This document shows, in pieces, positions 1-13,457 of a DNA stretch of 64,000 nt. Position 1 is the first letter of the stretch; each line of letters begins with the position of its first letter. Source of the stretch: Geosiphon pyriformis uo1 (taxonomy: Eukaryota; Fungi; Glomeromycota). Both the position numbers and the translations under genes were made by a program. The stretch lies in the NCBI GenBank assembly GCA_016748015.1, contig JAAOMT010000094.1, positions 128,520 to 192,519 on the forward strand. The letters run 5' to 3'. A model generated the notes under the pieces. It had not been told where the DNA came from and did not search any database. It saw only the letters and a program-made list of their open reading frames with translations.

Positions 1-2589
1 ATTTCACATGTTTTCAGAAAAATTAAATCAATTTCTAAATCTCAACATATAATCTCTTTATTTTATTGGAGATATGACGAATATATTCAAAAAAAAATTA
101 AAATATCAAAAATTTGGTACAGATTCATTAAGTGATTACGTGAAGCCTCAAAACATTTAAATTACTATATTTTTTTAAATAAAAGATCGAAGAAATTTAT
201 TTTATTAAAAACGAGCTTAGGCTCATTTAATGGAATGAATTCTCTCTCAATGTGTCAAATAGAAACCCAGAAATTAGTCTAGTTGATATTAAAAGAAAGA
301 TGTGAAGCATTAAAAATATCTAAATGAGGTTTAAAAACCGTCTCAACGCAGCAAATTAAGCTATTCAACATTTCATTTGCACTTGTTTTGCTCGAAACGG
401 GGCCAAACACCTTGGTGGGACATCTTGGTTTTGGCCTTCAGACAATATTGATACAACCTTTTTCAGGTTGAGCTAATTTGGAAAAACTTATTCTGGTTAA
501 AACAAAATTTTGCTTATTCGGACAACTACCGCGTATATCAAAGACTTTAACTACAATAGATTTGACAGATTTGACATGTTGTTTAATTTCAATGTATTTA
601 TAGCACATTCTAATCTGTCATCAAGTGTACTATCACCGTCATCGGTCAAGGTAGTATTTAGACTAAAGTTTAGACTTCTTTCGTCCAAAAGGCGATGAAA
701 ACGAGAGAAAAATTCCAGAGGATAGAAAAATAATGAGTAAGCCAGAATAACTCTTCTGCGCTAATTTTGTAAGAATGGTTTTTTTGTTGAATGAGAGAAG
801 CTACTACAAAATTTTTAAAAGATTAAGCTTCTTCAGGACTTAAGTTATGCTAAAATTAGCTGTCATACGAAACATTGACGTGTTTTTAGAATTTGCAAAA
901 TAAAATTACGGTGACCATTGATTAAAAGTTTAATCGATGATAAGATTTTATATATGATGAATAGAGTATATTATTAAGTTTTGGAGTATTCAATTATAAA
1001 AAGTTCACAAACTTTAAAATAGAGTTTCGGACTGCGGTTAATACATTCTAATCTTGAAATTTTTGAAACCGCCAGTTTCCTCGAAAATATTTTATGCTCA
1101 ATCCTTCTATGTTTCTTTGATTTAAGTTAAAAGCATCAGTTTTTTGTATATAATTGTATGCATAAACGTATACCTGTATTTATTTATGATTGTTTTGTTT
1201 TAAAAAGTTTGAGAATTTTGAAATTGATCTCATTTTATGTAAGGCCAAAAAAGAAAGCATGCTAAGCACCTCAAACTAGCAAATTAAACAGGATATAAAA
1301 GAAAATTTATCCATATTTCACACTTTTTATCTTTGAAAAACATTTGATGGTGAACCTCAGTTTAAATCGCGTTAGCGTGTAATTTACAGAGTTTGAATGG
1401 TCATCCTGAGAGGATATTGTGAAATTCAAGTTTCATTGAAAAAAGTCAAATCTTTGGATTAACGAATTTTTTTTCATAAATAAGTCTTATAATAATCGTT
1501 ATTGTTGATATTATTGTTATTGTTAATATTGTTGCTATTGGAGATATATTATCGTTATTATTTGTATTATAATTGTTGTTAAATGTATAAATGTATCATA
1601 AAAATTATAGGTAAGAAACCTTAATCCTAGCTTTTATCTACAAAAAAATTTATAAAAAATAAAATAATTTAAAAATAATATTAATATTAATCAAACTCGA
1701 TAAATTTAAAATTCAAAAAATAAGTAAATTGAACTATTTGAGTTTAATTTATTTATCTTTTTTTTTTAATTTATTTTATTTACTCTCCATCTAGCCATTT
1801 AAAAAATTTTATATTACTGAATGAATTGTTTAGACTTTCAAATTTTCACAAAATCTTGTAATATAAATATTTTTATTAAATAAAAAATTAATATAAAAAT
1901 TACTAATTGTGAAAAATTATTTAAATTCTTTTAGAAAACTTTTATTCTAAAATAAATTTTCATTTAATTGTATTTAAAAAGCTAATATTTAATAATTTTC
2001 ACGGGAAAATTCAGTTATTATGAGGAGGTTTATTGAAATTAACTATGGTAGCTATTTTAGTTGGCTGAATTTTTTTAAATATCGTTGATACAAAATTGTC
2101 AATTGGTTTTCACTAATGATTGTATAATTATATTAAACATTTGTTCTATTATTAGAGTAAAGCCACTATATTAGTGTATTTAAATTTTCAAAAGACAACT
2201 GTAAAGATGATATATTTTAAAGGTTTGTTGTGATAAACAACTTTGATTGTTTTAAGAGTCCCGAAAATATTAAACGTAGATAAGTAAAATTGTGTTTAAA
2301 ATTGATCTCGTTACTTTAATTACATGCCCTACTTTTTTAATCTTTTTATGCCACCCTAATAGGTAAAAAATTTTTCAATCCATTTCAAAATTGATTTTAT
2401 AAAATTTCCAATTTAAAATAAACTTTATTTTTCTAAAAAGATGGATAAAAGTTAAGGATATATGAATAATCAAAGATATTAAAATTAAATTTTTATAATA
2501 AAATAAAAACGAAATATTTAATTATTATTCTATCTCTTAGTACTCCCAGAGAGTTTATGCCCTTTAGTTTGTTCCCAATTGCTAATTCC

Positions 2590-3885
2590 AATTTTAAAAT
2601 AAAGAAAATATTGATCTGGAACCTTGTCTATTAGTTGACCTATATTGCATTCCTAAAATAGATAGCACAACCTTTTCAGTTTTCTGATTTAAAATATTTC
2701 AAATTTGTACTGACCTTATTCTCCCTATAATCTATTTCCCTTAGGACATATGGGTATTGAGAACAATCACAATCCCAATATTTCTCTTGACACTCAGTAC
2801 AATCACACGTGCCTAATGGCTCTATCCAGATCTCATGACTAAAATGCTTCCACCCCATTGAAGCTAATGGAAAGTGTGGAACATGATCGTTTCCATAAGT
2901 GATGCGTTAAAAGTATATTGCTTTTTTCGCGCTTATACAAAATTCCGGGTTCCCAATTCTCGGAGCCCCCAAAAGTAATTAGCGTAGATATCAAATGGTC
3001 ATATTTTCGATTTCATAATCTTCCTTTACCAACAGATAACCAGCAATTGAAGGGTATGCTATTATGTTGAAAAATACAATTTATCTTATTAAAAGCTAAA
3101 ATAGAATTCAATTTAACTTTTGATTACTAAAAATATAGAAATATTTAGGTAACAAACCTCCACCAAGACCATGCTCAATAAAAAAAATTTCCCGTTTACG
3201 TTTATAGCTCTTTTTAACTCAGGGAATAGTAGTTCTACTCCTTTAAACAATTGTGAATCAACAAGTTCTGTGGTCTTGGGTAAATACGGTCCCACTCTAG
3301 AATTTTGGCTGCGTTAATGTTGGATTTCTTGAACTCAATTTTTGCCTTGTTAATTTCTTTTGGGTAAAAGAGAATGTGTTGAGGTTATTTTGGTGAAAAA
3401 ATAGGGATCTTACTGGGCCGACAAATATTATTTCTAAATCAATAAACTTCTATTCGCAGTCCTGAAAGCTCATTTCCAACCAGACAGGTCCATGTACTAA
3501 AACATCTTCTTTTTAGAAAATAGTCTTAATATTTGACTATTTGGCTATACAATAAAAATACCTTTTATTTCCAAACCAGGCACTTTTGAACCAATGTTAT
3601 TTAGTACCTACACAGTATACAAAATTTATCAAACTTGGCGTTTTGAGCAGGCGTGGATCAAAATCCCCAAATTCGAATGACACTTTAAATTCTGGTTGTA
3701 AACGTCTTATAGCTTGATTCTTATTTAGTGAAAATTCTGTAAGATTCATCCGCTTCATTATAATTGAAAAATCTTCATTTTTATCTAATTTTTGAGCGAA
3801 CTTTATCTTTTTAAAGCCTTTTATCAAAATTTTTTGGTTTTCTTGCATCAAAAAATAAAAATATCAATGGCATGAAAGTTGCCAT
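2590..3885 (-). pseudogene. Class-3 lipase-like (Lipase_3) pseudogene, tandem paralogue of the gene at 4902-6230
   Basis: ATG at 3885 with hydrophobic MATFMPLIFLF then a frameshift in a T-run. Recognisable motifs: VYC, FIEHGLGG|intron, GAPRIGN, TYGNDHVPHFP, HEIWIEPLGTCDC, ENK|intron|ECN. Intron positions match the neighbouring gene. Several frameshifts and stops; the final H-x-x-x-YFG segment is missing. The 3' boundary is approximate. Confidence 0.8.
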
Positions 3886-4054
3886 TATAATTTTAGATCT
3901 GCTTTGAATGTGGAGTTTAAAATGCATTTCAATTTAATTTTAAAGGATGAATACAATGCGAGATATATAATCACCAAATGTGTGTATTCTCTATAAACTT
4001 TTAGAAACTAAAATTCAATATATTTTAGCTTTAACTAACTAAGAATATTAATTT

Positions 4055-4289
4055 TGAGATTTTTATGCTAAAATAAAACCTATCAAATGCATTAATTCAA
4101 AACACACCTACGATCCTGGCACTTTCGAATATTATTCACACTTTTATCTTTTGAATGAAGCAGTTAGGTTTATCCGTTTAGTTTGAGTCTGGGTATTTCA
4201 AGGCTGAATACGACCCGAAAGTTTCAGGATCATAGATGTGTTTCAAATTAATGAATTTAATAGGATCTCTTTTAGCATTAAAGATCTCA
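4055..4289. repeat. Imperfect inverted repeat (~88-bp arms, ~58-bp spacer); MITE-like or hairpin-RNA locus
   Basis: 4055-4142 (tgagatttttatgctaaaa...gatcctggcactttcg...) aligns with the reverse complement of 4201-4289 (tgagatctttaatgctaaaa...gatcctgaaactttcg...). Confidence 0.8.
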
Positions 4290-4901
4290 GAGATATTGAA
4301 AGAAAGAAAGAAAGAATAGATGAATAAATAAATGCATAGATCTCGTTAAACTGTAATAATATTTATTATATTCGTAAATAAGATCATAATTTATTTTTTG
4401 GAATACTCACTTTAATATCTGGGTAAAAAATAATCATTTATGCTTGTTTAATTTATTATTTTTAAACCATTAAAATGTAGTTAGTTAATTTGTAAACTTT
4501 AATAAAAAATTTCATTATCATAGCACACCAATTAAAATAAAATTTACGTGAGTCTTTTTGTTTTTAAAGAAATATTTTCACATTAAAACTGAATTGGTAC
4601 CATCTGCTCGTCATGCAGATTTCAAAATCTTTGTTTTCTAAGTCACTATTAAATGCGTTTTAGCACATAGGTGCATTATAGGCTAGAATATTGCTTTTCT
4701 ATCAAAAGATTAAAGTTGTCCGAGTATTATCTAGACTCTTGGCTAAATACTCCAAAGTTTGAAATTTAATAAAGAGCTATTTAAAGAATAGTCATTAGAG
4801 GTATTATATAAACTTTTCAAATAATAGAGAATTTATAAAGGAATGTGCCTGGCACAATTCAGGAAATAGCAGATTCTTTTTCTTTCGAATATCGAGTTAT
4901 T

Positions 4902-6230
4902 TTAATCGCTACATCCTTGAGGAGACATTAAGAAGCCAAAATACGGTCCTACATGGGCAGTTGTTGCTCTTTCCGGAAGCTGACCTGGTTGTTTTTCAAA
5001 TTTTAAGTTACAATCCTATGAAAAAATGAAGCGATCAGTGAGAGACGAGCCATATTTTCAAATTTTCAAATTTCATAAAACCTTATTCTCAAATCCGAAT
5101 GGGGGTTTTATACATAAGTGAATTTCAGGTATTTCCACGTCGTCTGGAGCAAAACAGTCGCAACCATTATTGGAAGGGATCCAAACTTCAAGTGGAAGGT
5201 GACTCAAATATTTATGTCCAAAAAACAAAGGAACATAATCGTTACCAACTGTAAAGCGCAGATTTTGAAATAGGCTCACTATATTGTTAGCAAAAAAATA
5301 ATTTCCTATACGTGGAGCACCATAGGTAGCTAAATAAAATTGTCGTTTGGGCCACCTGCTCTGGAAAATTATTGCTGCAAAAGTTGCCAATACTAATAAA
5401 GAACAAATTAAAAAGCTCAATTCGTTAAAAAAAATTATGAAAAAGGGTTTTCTATTAATTAAAATTTTCACCTGCACCGCCTCCATGTCCAGTAAAAATG
5501 AAACCATGATGATTATATAAGACCTCATTTACATATCGTTTCAATCTTTCAAAAATCTCATTATTCATAAGATTCCAATATTTTCTATAAAATTCTTCCA
5601 CTACTTGAGCCTTTCTCGAACCAGGAAGTAATATCAGCTTTGGTTTTTGACCCATGTTAACAAGTTCATCATATGTTAACTCTGGAGTTTTGAATCTTGC
5701 TACTATTGAATTTCCCGACCATCTTTCTGTGAGATCTTGATATGGGGAATATATTTTTTCGGGGGCATTATCTATCCAAGCTATTGAAAAAAATTATTCG
5801 CAAAAATTTATTATTATTATTATTTCTTGAAAAGTGACAAACGTTAGTTACCATAGATTCCAGGTGCAAGGATTATATCTGGTTTATCTAAACAATATAC
5901 TTCCTGCGCAAGTTTGGTCACCTTTAAGGAAAATGATATATATTGTGGAGTGAGCTTTGTGAATGTATCATCAAAGATTCCTCTGCGTGAGTAATTTTTT
6001 TGTAGAATTTGAAAAACGCTGGATGTCTGATTAAATAAAATAATTTTAGGAAATGGCTTTGGAATATCTGAATGTGTTTTCCCTATATTGAGTGGGGTTG
6101 AGAAGGTTATAGAATAAGATTTTATAAATTTATTGCATAAAAAGTATGAGTTTCCATAGAACAACGAACTTATAGCAGAAAATATTAAGCCTAGAAATAT
6201 TATGGAAAACATATTTTGAATATTCCTCAT
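4902..6230 (-). CDS. Secreted class-3 lipase-like protein (~370 aa, 4 exons), predicted catalytically inactive (GHGGG instead of GHSxG)
   Basis: Exons 6230-5852, 5780-5472, 5392-5082 and 5015-4902 join in frame across GT-AG introns of 71, 79 and 66 bp. Hydrophobic N-terminus; motifs VYC, FTGHGGGAVLA, TYGAPRIGN, GNDYVP, EVWI, AHVGPYFG; TAA at 4904-4902. Confidence 0.88.
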
Positions 6231-7577
6231 GATTACTGATTTTTTCAACTAAAAATATAGCTTTAATATAGGCCTTTTTTAACTACTAGGGAATCGATAT
6301 CAAAATTTGGTAATCTTTGAAATAGATACTAAAAATTTAATATTCCGGAAACATTTTTCCAGATCCAAACAAAAACTTTTGATTGACCAAGTCTCTTACG
6401 ATTTTCATTTCATTTCTCGATGAATGAGAAAGATTAATGATTTTTTGTAACCAGTTATTATTTTGAGAGTTACTCAATTTTTGTAGCAATCAATTTTTAA
6501 CTTGGGCTTGTAGCACTATGTTGCTGTAACCTTTTCTTCTAATTGCAATATCTAAAAGTTATGTTAGACTCGGGTTGCAAAAATGCTGAATACTTTCTGT
6601 AACATATAAAAGCAAACTAGAATTTAGAGAAATTTAATTTTCAAAAAACCAAATTTTGAAAAATTCCTATCATCAGAGCTTTCTATCGCTGCTCTGGCAG
6701 GTACCCCATTAGCAACAGGATATCTTGATGCAAAATATTCATTTTAAAGAGATTTAGAAACTACAAGAACTTTTGAAACCCATGATTGGATTGAACGAAA
6801 CGTAATCTAGAACAGATTTTTGTTCTAGTGGTGAGAATTTCAACTAATTACTACTTATTTACGGTCTAGGTATGAGAAATTGAATTCAACTGAATGTGCA
6901 TTGGGATATTTGTCCTTCAACTTATTGCAAAGAAATGACCAAATAAAGAGACCCTTGTATTTCAGGAAAGAAGTTAAACGTATGCTGAATGTGAATAAGG
7001 TAAATTTACCATGTAGTTGCTTTCTACTCTCTGATTTTCGGGCCTTCGTATCTATTTTATTGCTTCGATATTGAAAGAAATTAATAATATGTGAAGAAAA
7101 TTCAAAAAGATTTATGTGTACTCAAAGAAACACATTTTATTTTAACATTTCCACATCGATTGGGCCTTATCTCAAGGAATAAAGCCAAAGGATGTGCAAA
7201 TTCTTACAATATGTGATAAGTTTTTTTCAATTATTTATCACTGTTCTCAAAAAAATTTAGATGTCATTGCAATATAAATGAGCAATTCAAACCTGCTCCT
7301 CTTTGTATTCTCTGCCTTGGTAAAAATTGGGACCAAAGCCTCTTTGATCAACACTAATTTGCAAAATAAAATTCAAAGCCAAAGTTGTAGTGACTAGTGA
7401 AGACTTGATAGGAAATCTAAAAATCCTGGAGTGAACTCGATGTTTTTGTCAAAAACATTAATTAATAAGCACATTTATGTTAAATTTTGTAAATTGAAAA
7501 AAATAAATTATTTCACTTTCACTTTTTTTTAACATATTCATTGAAACCCCATTTAAAAAACTATTATTATTTGCTCA

Positions 7578-7578
<1 letters not shown>

Positions 7579-7608
<30 letters not shown>
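7579..7608. repeat. (TAA)10 microsatellite
   Basis: Direct reading of the sequence. Confidence 0.9.
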
Positions 7609-7611
<3 letters not shown>

Positions 7612-7929
7612 GTTTTTCTAATATATTTAAGAAATAATGCACTTTACGGATCCATATTAATTATGCAATTCAAAAAAAAATTATTTTAATTTCAAGGATG
7701 TCTAATCCATTGGAATATCAAAGTTTGGCCAAATCAACTAGTTATACAAGTAGTGTTTTAAATTTGCAAATTTTTGAAGTAACAAAAAGTTAGTTCATCT
7801 AAATTATAAGTGGTAAACTTTATAATTAAATATTCTATTGGTTAATTTTATAAGCGAAACTTTCTTTTATTTTAATTTTCAAAGATCATTTTTAAAACAG
7901 AAATTATTCACACCCAATCACTTATCATG

Positions 7930-8575
7930 ATCGATAATTTTCATAGCAAAAAGTATATGGCTAATGGACTTTGTTCAATTCATTCTTCTGGTATGGTTCA
8001 TCGTAACCTACACTCAGGCAACATCTTACAAATTTGATAATCAATTTATAAATATTGGAGACCTCGGTTTATGTCAACCAGTAAACCATGAAGCAACAAC
8101 AACAACAAAGAAAAAAAGATATATGGAGTGATTCCATACATTCAACCAAATGTTTTAAGAGGAGAAAAGTTTACAAGACCTGGTAATGTTTATAGTGTTG
8201 CCATGTTGTTTTGGGAATTAGCAACAGGAAAGCCTCCCTTTCATGATCTTTCTCATGATCTCGATCTGATATTTGACATTGTTTTTAATGGTATGAGATT
8301 TGAGATTACTTCCCCTCTTATTTCACCTTCAATTACCGAAATAATTGAAATGTGTTGGAATGTTAATCCTAAGAATTGTCTTACTACAAAAGAAGTTAGA
8401 CAGAAGTTGAATAAAATTTTGTGTAGGAATTTCAAGTTTTTAGAATCAGATAAATATGTAAAATAAATGGTAAAAAACAACTCGGAAACAACAACTCCAA
8501 TGCACATTCATTCAGGAGTAGTTTATACAAGTCATGTTTTAAGTCGGCGAAGGATTGAAGAATTAAAAGGTTAGT
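7930..8575 (+). pseudogene. Truncated tyrosine-kinase-like protein kinase pseudogene (C-lobe only), of the family expanded in Glomeromycotina
   Basis: GLCSIHSSGMVHRNLHSGNIL, GDLGLC, YGVIPYIQPNVLRG, GNVYSVAMLFWELATGKPPF, CWNVNP, HSGVVYTSH. Contains stops and frameshifts; no N-lobe seen. Confidence 0.85.
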
Positions 8576-9599
8576 TCATATAAGTTATAAGTTATAAGCA
8601 TTTTAATTGATGAATCTATTAAATAAATTAATATGCTAACTTTCTTTTATTGGAATTTTCAAATAGACTTTATCTTACCCTCTGTAAAATAGTATTTTTA
8701 TATTTATCTCGAAAATGATTTTTTAACATTACAGGAAATTGATTTACGTTGCTAATCTTTGAATGGATAAAGCGTGACTTTTGACGGATTAAAATTTTGG
8801 TCAAAAATCTAAATTACTGTAAAAGATTTGGATTATACAATAAAATGTATTTGAGAAATAAGTAATAGTTTAATGAACAGCTTATAAAAATTGTAACAAA
8901 GATTAAGGGCATTTTCTGGTTTACGCCATGAAATAATAGTGATGAGAAAGTCTTTTATTTTGAGAAAAATTTAAAGTTTTTAACCAATTGATGATTTCGA
9001 TGTTTTAAAAATGCAATGTTAAAAACTCGTATTCAATTATTGGATAATAACGTCAGGTCTTGATAAGGTGAGAAAAACTAGCATCGAAATTTTTTTTTTC
9101 GAAATTGATGATTAAAAGGCTTCATAATTACAAAAAAATATATCTTATAGAATCAAAGATTATTATCCAAACAAGTTATTACAATATTCACGATCAATTT
9201 AATAAACTTTTTTTTTCGATTCCCAAAAAAAGGCTTGTTAATATGGTATTCGAAGTTTTTAAGCTCTATTGTGAAATATGGGTTACAAAACTTTTATCCC
9301 GAATATCCACAACAAATTCCGGCTTTTTCCTAATCTTTAAGTAGACTTTTTCTATAAGAAATTTTTTGAATATTTAATTGAAAAATTTATAAGCCTAATA
9401 TTCTAGACTTTGATCTTTTCAGAACATGACATACGTTTCGAATCAAAAATTTTGAGTCTAGGCTATTCCGTCACATTTATTTTAAGAATAACTTTTAAAC
9501 AAGCTATCAACCACATGTCCACTTTAGAAAACCTCATCCTAAAAATCAATCAATATAAATGAAAGAATTGAAATTATTTCTTATAAAGTTGGAAATTTT

Positions 9600-12500
9600 T
9601 CTTGATAAAACAATTAAGAAAGTTAAAATGTTTAATTTAATATTGTTTAATTCATTTAAATTATAGATTTTGTGAAAAAAAAATATGTTTAAATATGTAT
9701 ATATTATAATTTATAATAATAGTTAAATTATATTTTATTAAAGTATTTTTTTAATATTTAAAGTCTTATTACTATTTAATACAATCCAAAAATTTAATGT
9801 TTTAAAATAAACATAATTTATGTACTTTTTTATATATATTAAACACAAATTCAATTAAAACTAATTATAATAAATTTATAGAAGAAAACATATCTAAAAA
9901 CATTATCTTTTGCATAATTACAACCAAATTATTACTATTAAAAACCAAACCAGTTAACTATATAGCAGTTTTATTTGTATTAAATTTAATATTAAGAGTT
10001 TATAACTCTTAAAATAATATTATCTTAACAAAAAATTTTTATTAATAGGAGAATTTAAATTACTATTAATTATGTTATCATTAAAAAACCCTATTTACAT
10101 CATATTTTATTTTAATATTAATAATATTTTTACTCAAATTATCAATAACTTTCTTAAAAATTCTTTCTTTAATTTCTTTATTTAACAAAAAACTTTAACT
10201 AACTTTGCAATTCAAAGAACTAAAACATTAATAAATTTAATAACAAATCTAATTAATAAAGTTAATTTAGCCAATTTGAATTTCAAAAAACTAGTCTAAA
10301 ACCAATTACAAAATTAATAAATATAGTAATAAAAAAAATTCAAATATTACAAACTAAACAAAAATTTTAAAAAGAAAAATAAAGACATTTTGTAATTTAA
10401 AATCAAATAATTTAAATCTTGGCACTTAAAATAATGTTAACATTAAGAAATTTTTTGCCAAATATAATTTTTTCTTAACATATTAGTTTTAATAATAACA
10501 GTATTTAAATTAATCTTTGATTATTTATCTAAAAAACTAATAAACTAATTTTAAAAGCTATATAGTTAAAAAAATATTATGTAAAGTAATGATTTTTTTT
10601 TAATTAAACACAAAAAAACTCTGATATTATTTTTTTATCAAAACTAATTAATAAGCAAAAGCTATTATAACAGCAATATAAAATCTAAAATAAATAATAG
10701 CATATTGTTAAATATTAATAAACTTTAATTTAATATTAAAAACTTTATTAAAAACACTAAAGCATTTTTACAAAGCAATAACAATAAAAAAAATATAAAT
10801 TTAAAAATTACTAAAAAGCCTAAAATATAAACTCTATACAAAAAAGTTTAATATTGTTCTTAATAATTAATTTTAAACCAGAAAAAAAATACAAAAATAA
10901 AACACAGTTTTAATATAAGTTATTTTAATCTTTACAGCTTTATTAAACATCAAAATAATAGTTATTTATTTAAAAATTTTTTGATAAATTTCTTAAAACA
11001 CTATTTTTAAAAAACAAAAAAGTATTTTAATTTTTATTTAATTATTCTAATAAGTTAATTATTTAAAGTAATATATAAAATTATAATTTATTTAACTTTT
11101 AAAATCAGTAAAATTTAATTAAATTTAATATATTAAATAATATAACTAAAAATTAATTCAAAATAAAATAAGCTAATATGTTTCTATTATTATTATTTAA
11201 AATAAACAATCAATTACCATTTATAATCCTAATAGAATTAAATATTATTAATATTATAAAACTAGCAAAAAAGCCAAAAAACAGAAAAAACTAAAGTTTT
11301 ATTTTTTATAAAAGAAAAAACAACTTTAAATATTAAAATTAACACCAAAAACACCGAAAAAAATTTTAAAAAATTTTTATTAGACATAATAAAGATTTGA
11401 TATAAATTTTTTGTTAATTTGGCTTTTTTAACTATTTAAACAGCAATAAAAAAAATAACTTTATTATTAGTTTTTTATTTAATATTATAAAACTTTTAAA
11501 AAAATAAAATTACATTAAAACTATTTTAAATAGGTTTTTTTAAAAAAAGAAAAACTTTTAACCAAAATAAAAATAATGTTTTAAAATTACCAAAAAATTA
11601 TTTTATTATTATTTTATTTAAAAAAAGTACTTTTATAAATTATATTATTATATAAAAAACTTTTTCTTTTCTAAATTTTCTAATCAATTAAAATAAAGAG
11701 TAAAAGTTTTAAATATTACTTTGCTTATAATAATTAATAAAGTTTTAATAAGAAAAAATTTTTTGTTATTAAAACAACTAGACAAAACATCTTAACAATA
11801 TTTTTTTAAATTATTAATAGTAAAAAACTATTTTTGGCAGTTTTTAAAACATTTTTTTATTTTTAATAAATGATTTTTTTTAATCAAAATTTTTTTCAAA
11901 AATATATTAAAATTAGTTTTAATATTGTTTTTACTTTTTTAAAAGCTTTAAATTTTTTAATAATAAATTAGTTAACAAGCTAATTTTTTTTGCTTTATTA
12001 TTATCATTACTATTACTTTGTAAATAGCCAAAACGACTAAAAATTCCAAAAAACAATAATAGTTACTTGTATTTATTATGGTTACACCAAATTTTTTTAA
12101 CAACATCTAATTTTCTTTTTAATATAAATAATAACAATAAAAATATGATTTTAAAATAAATTATGATTAATTATTAATTATATTATTAAATATTATATCT
12201 TTTAACAGATTATTATTAGTTCTAAAAACAAAACAAAACATGTTTTTAAATATATTTTTATTTAAATAATTTATTATATTACTTGATTTTAAGGATTAAA
12301 TTAATCAAATAAAAACAAAATTAATTTTTTTTGTTTTTTAATGTTGTTTTTAGTAGTATTTAAGAAACAATTTTTAATTGTCAAAATTTTTTGAATAGAT
12401 GGTTTTTATTTTTGTGTTTTTTACTACATTCAAAATTAAATTGGCTTTAATTAATTTTTTGTTTAAGTTATTATCTGGTTTTGTTAAATTTAATTGATTT

Positions 12501-13457
12501 TAAAAGATAATGTTAAGTTGTTTTGTATAAATTTGCTTCTAAGATTTTTTTAGTTATTATTGTTAAAGTTTTTATTAGTAAATTTGTAGCAATATATTAT
12601 TATATATTTTAAGAACTCTTTTTTTGTAATTATTGTTTTTTATAACTAGTTTATGTAATTAAAAAGATAATATTAGTATTTTTTTTGTTTAACTAAAAAA
12701 AATTATTACTTTAAAATATTTTTAAGACTAAACTGCTTAATTTTTTCTTTAATTATATTGTTTTTAAAATTAATAATTTAATTTTTCAAGTTAATAATCA
12801 TATTTGTTTTATTTTTTACTTCTAATTTTTATTATTGTCAATATTTTGTTATTATAATCTTTAAGTTTTTGAAAATTTTAAATTTTGTTATTTTAAAAAC
12901 TGATACTTTAAATAAAAATTGTATTTAATAAATAATTTTTAGATGTTATTATTGCTGTAAATATTAAAAATTAAATTATTTAATTGTAAATTATAATGTA
13001 TTTTTATTTTTTTCTAAATTTGCTCTTAAGTCTATTAATAATTTTACTGCTTTTATTTTGTTTTTTGTTAATATAAAGTTTTATGTTAAAGTTGTTGTTT
13101 TTCTAGTTTTTTTATTGTTATGTTTTTGGTTGTTTTTATTATTAATTCGTATTTAATTTAAAATTAAATTTTTTGTAATCTTAGATCTTTAATTTAACTA
13201 TATTAATTTAGTTTATTATTAAATCTATTGGTTTTTTAATTATTTTAGTTACTATTTTTTTGGGTAAAAATATACATAAAAATCACAAAATAAAAAAAAT
13301 TAAGTTATTATAACAAATATTACTGAAAAATTTACTTATTTTTTGGCTGGTTTTTTTAAAAACTTTGCTAATTTTAAAACTAAAATAAAATTTAGTAACA
13401 TAAATAAATATAAAATTGGTATTATTAAAATATTTTTAAATATTAATAATATTATAG
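9600..13457. mobile_element. Extremely AT-drifted TE relics, unclassifiable by eye
   Basis: Very low GC, no ORFs. ~10520-10640 resembles the reverse complement of ~12660-12800. Confidence 0.5.

Noticed and set aside
300-800. Moderately GC-richer stretch with the 62-aa ORF 510-698
   Set aside because: No recognisable motif in the frames read; stops on the minus strand; cannot support a gene call.
1496-1580. Degenerate (ATT/GTT)n tract
   Set aside because: Simple low-complexity sequence with no spacers or structure.
6400-7450. Possible gene or transposon fragment (ORF 6880-7074)
   Set aside because: No domain, terminal repeat or splice pattern that I could support.
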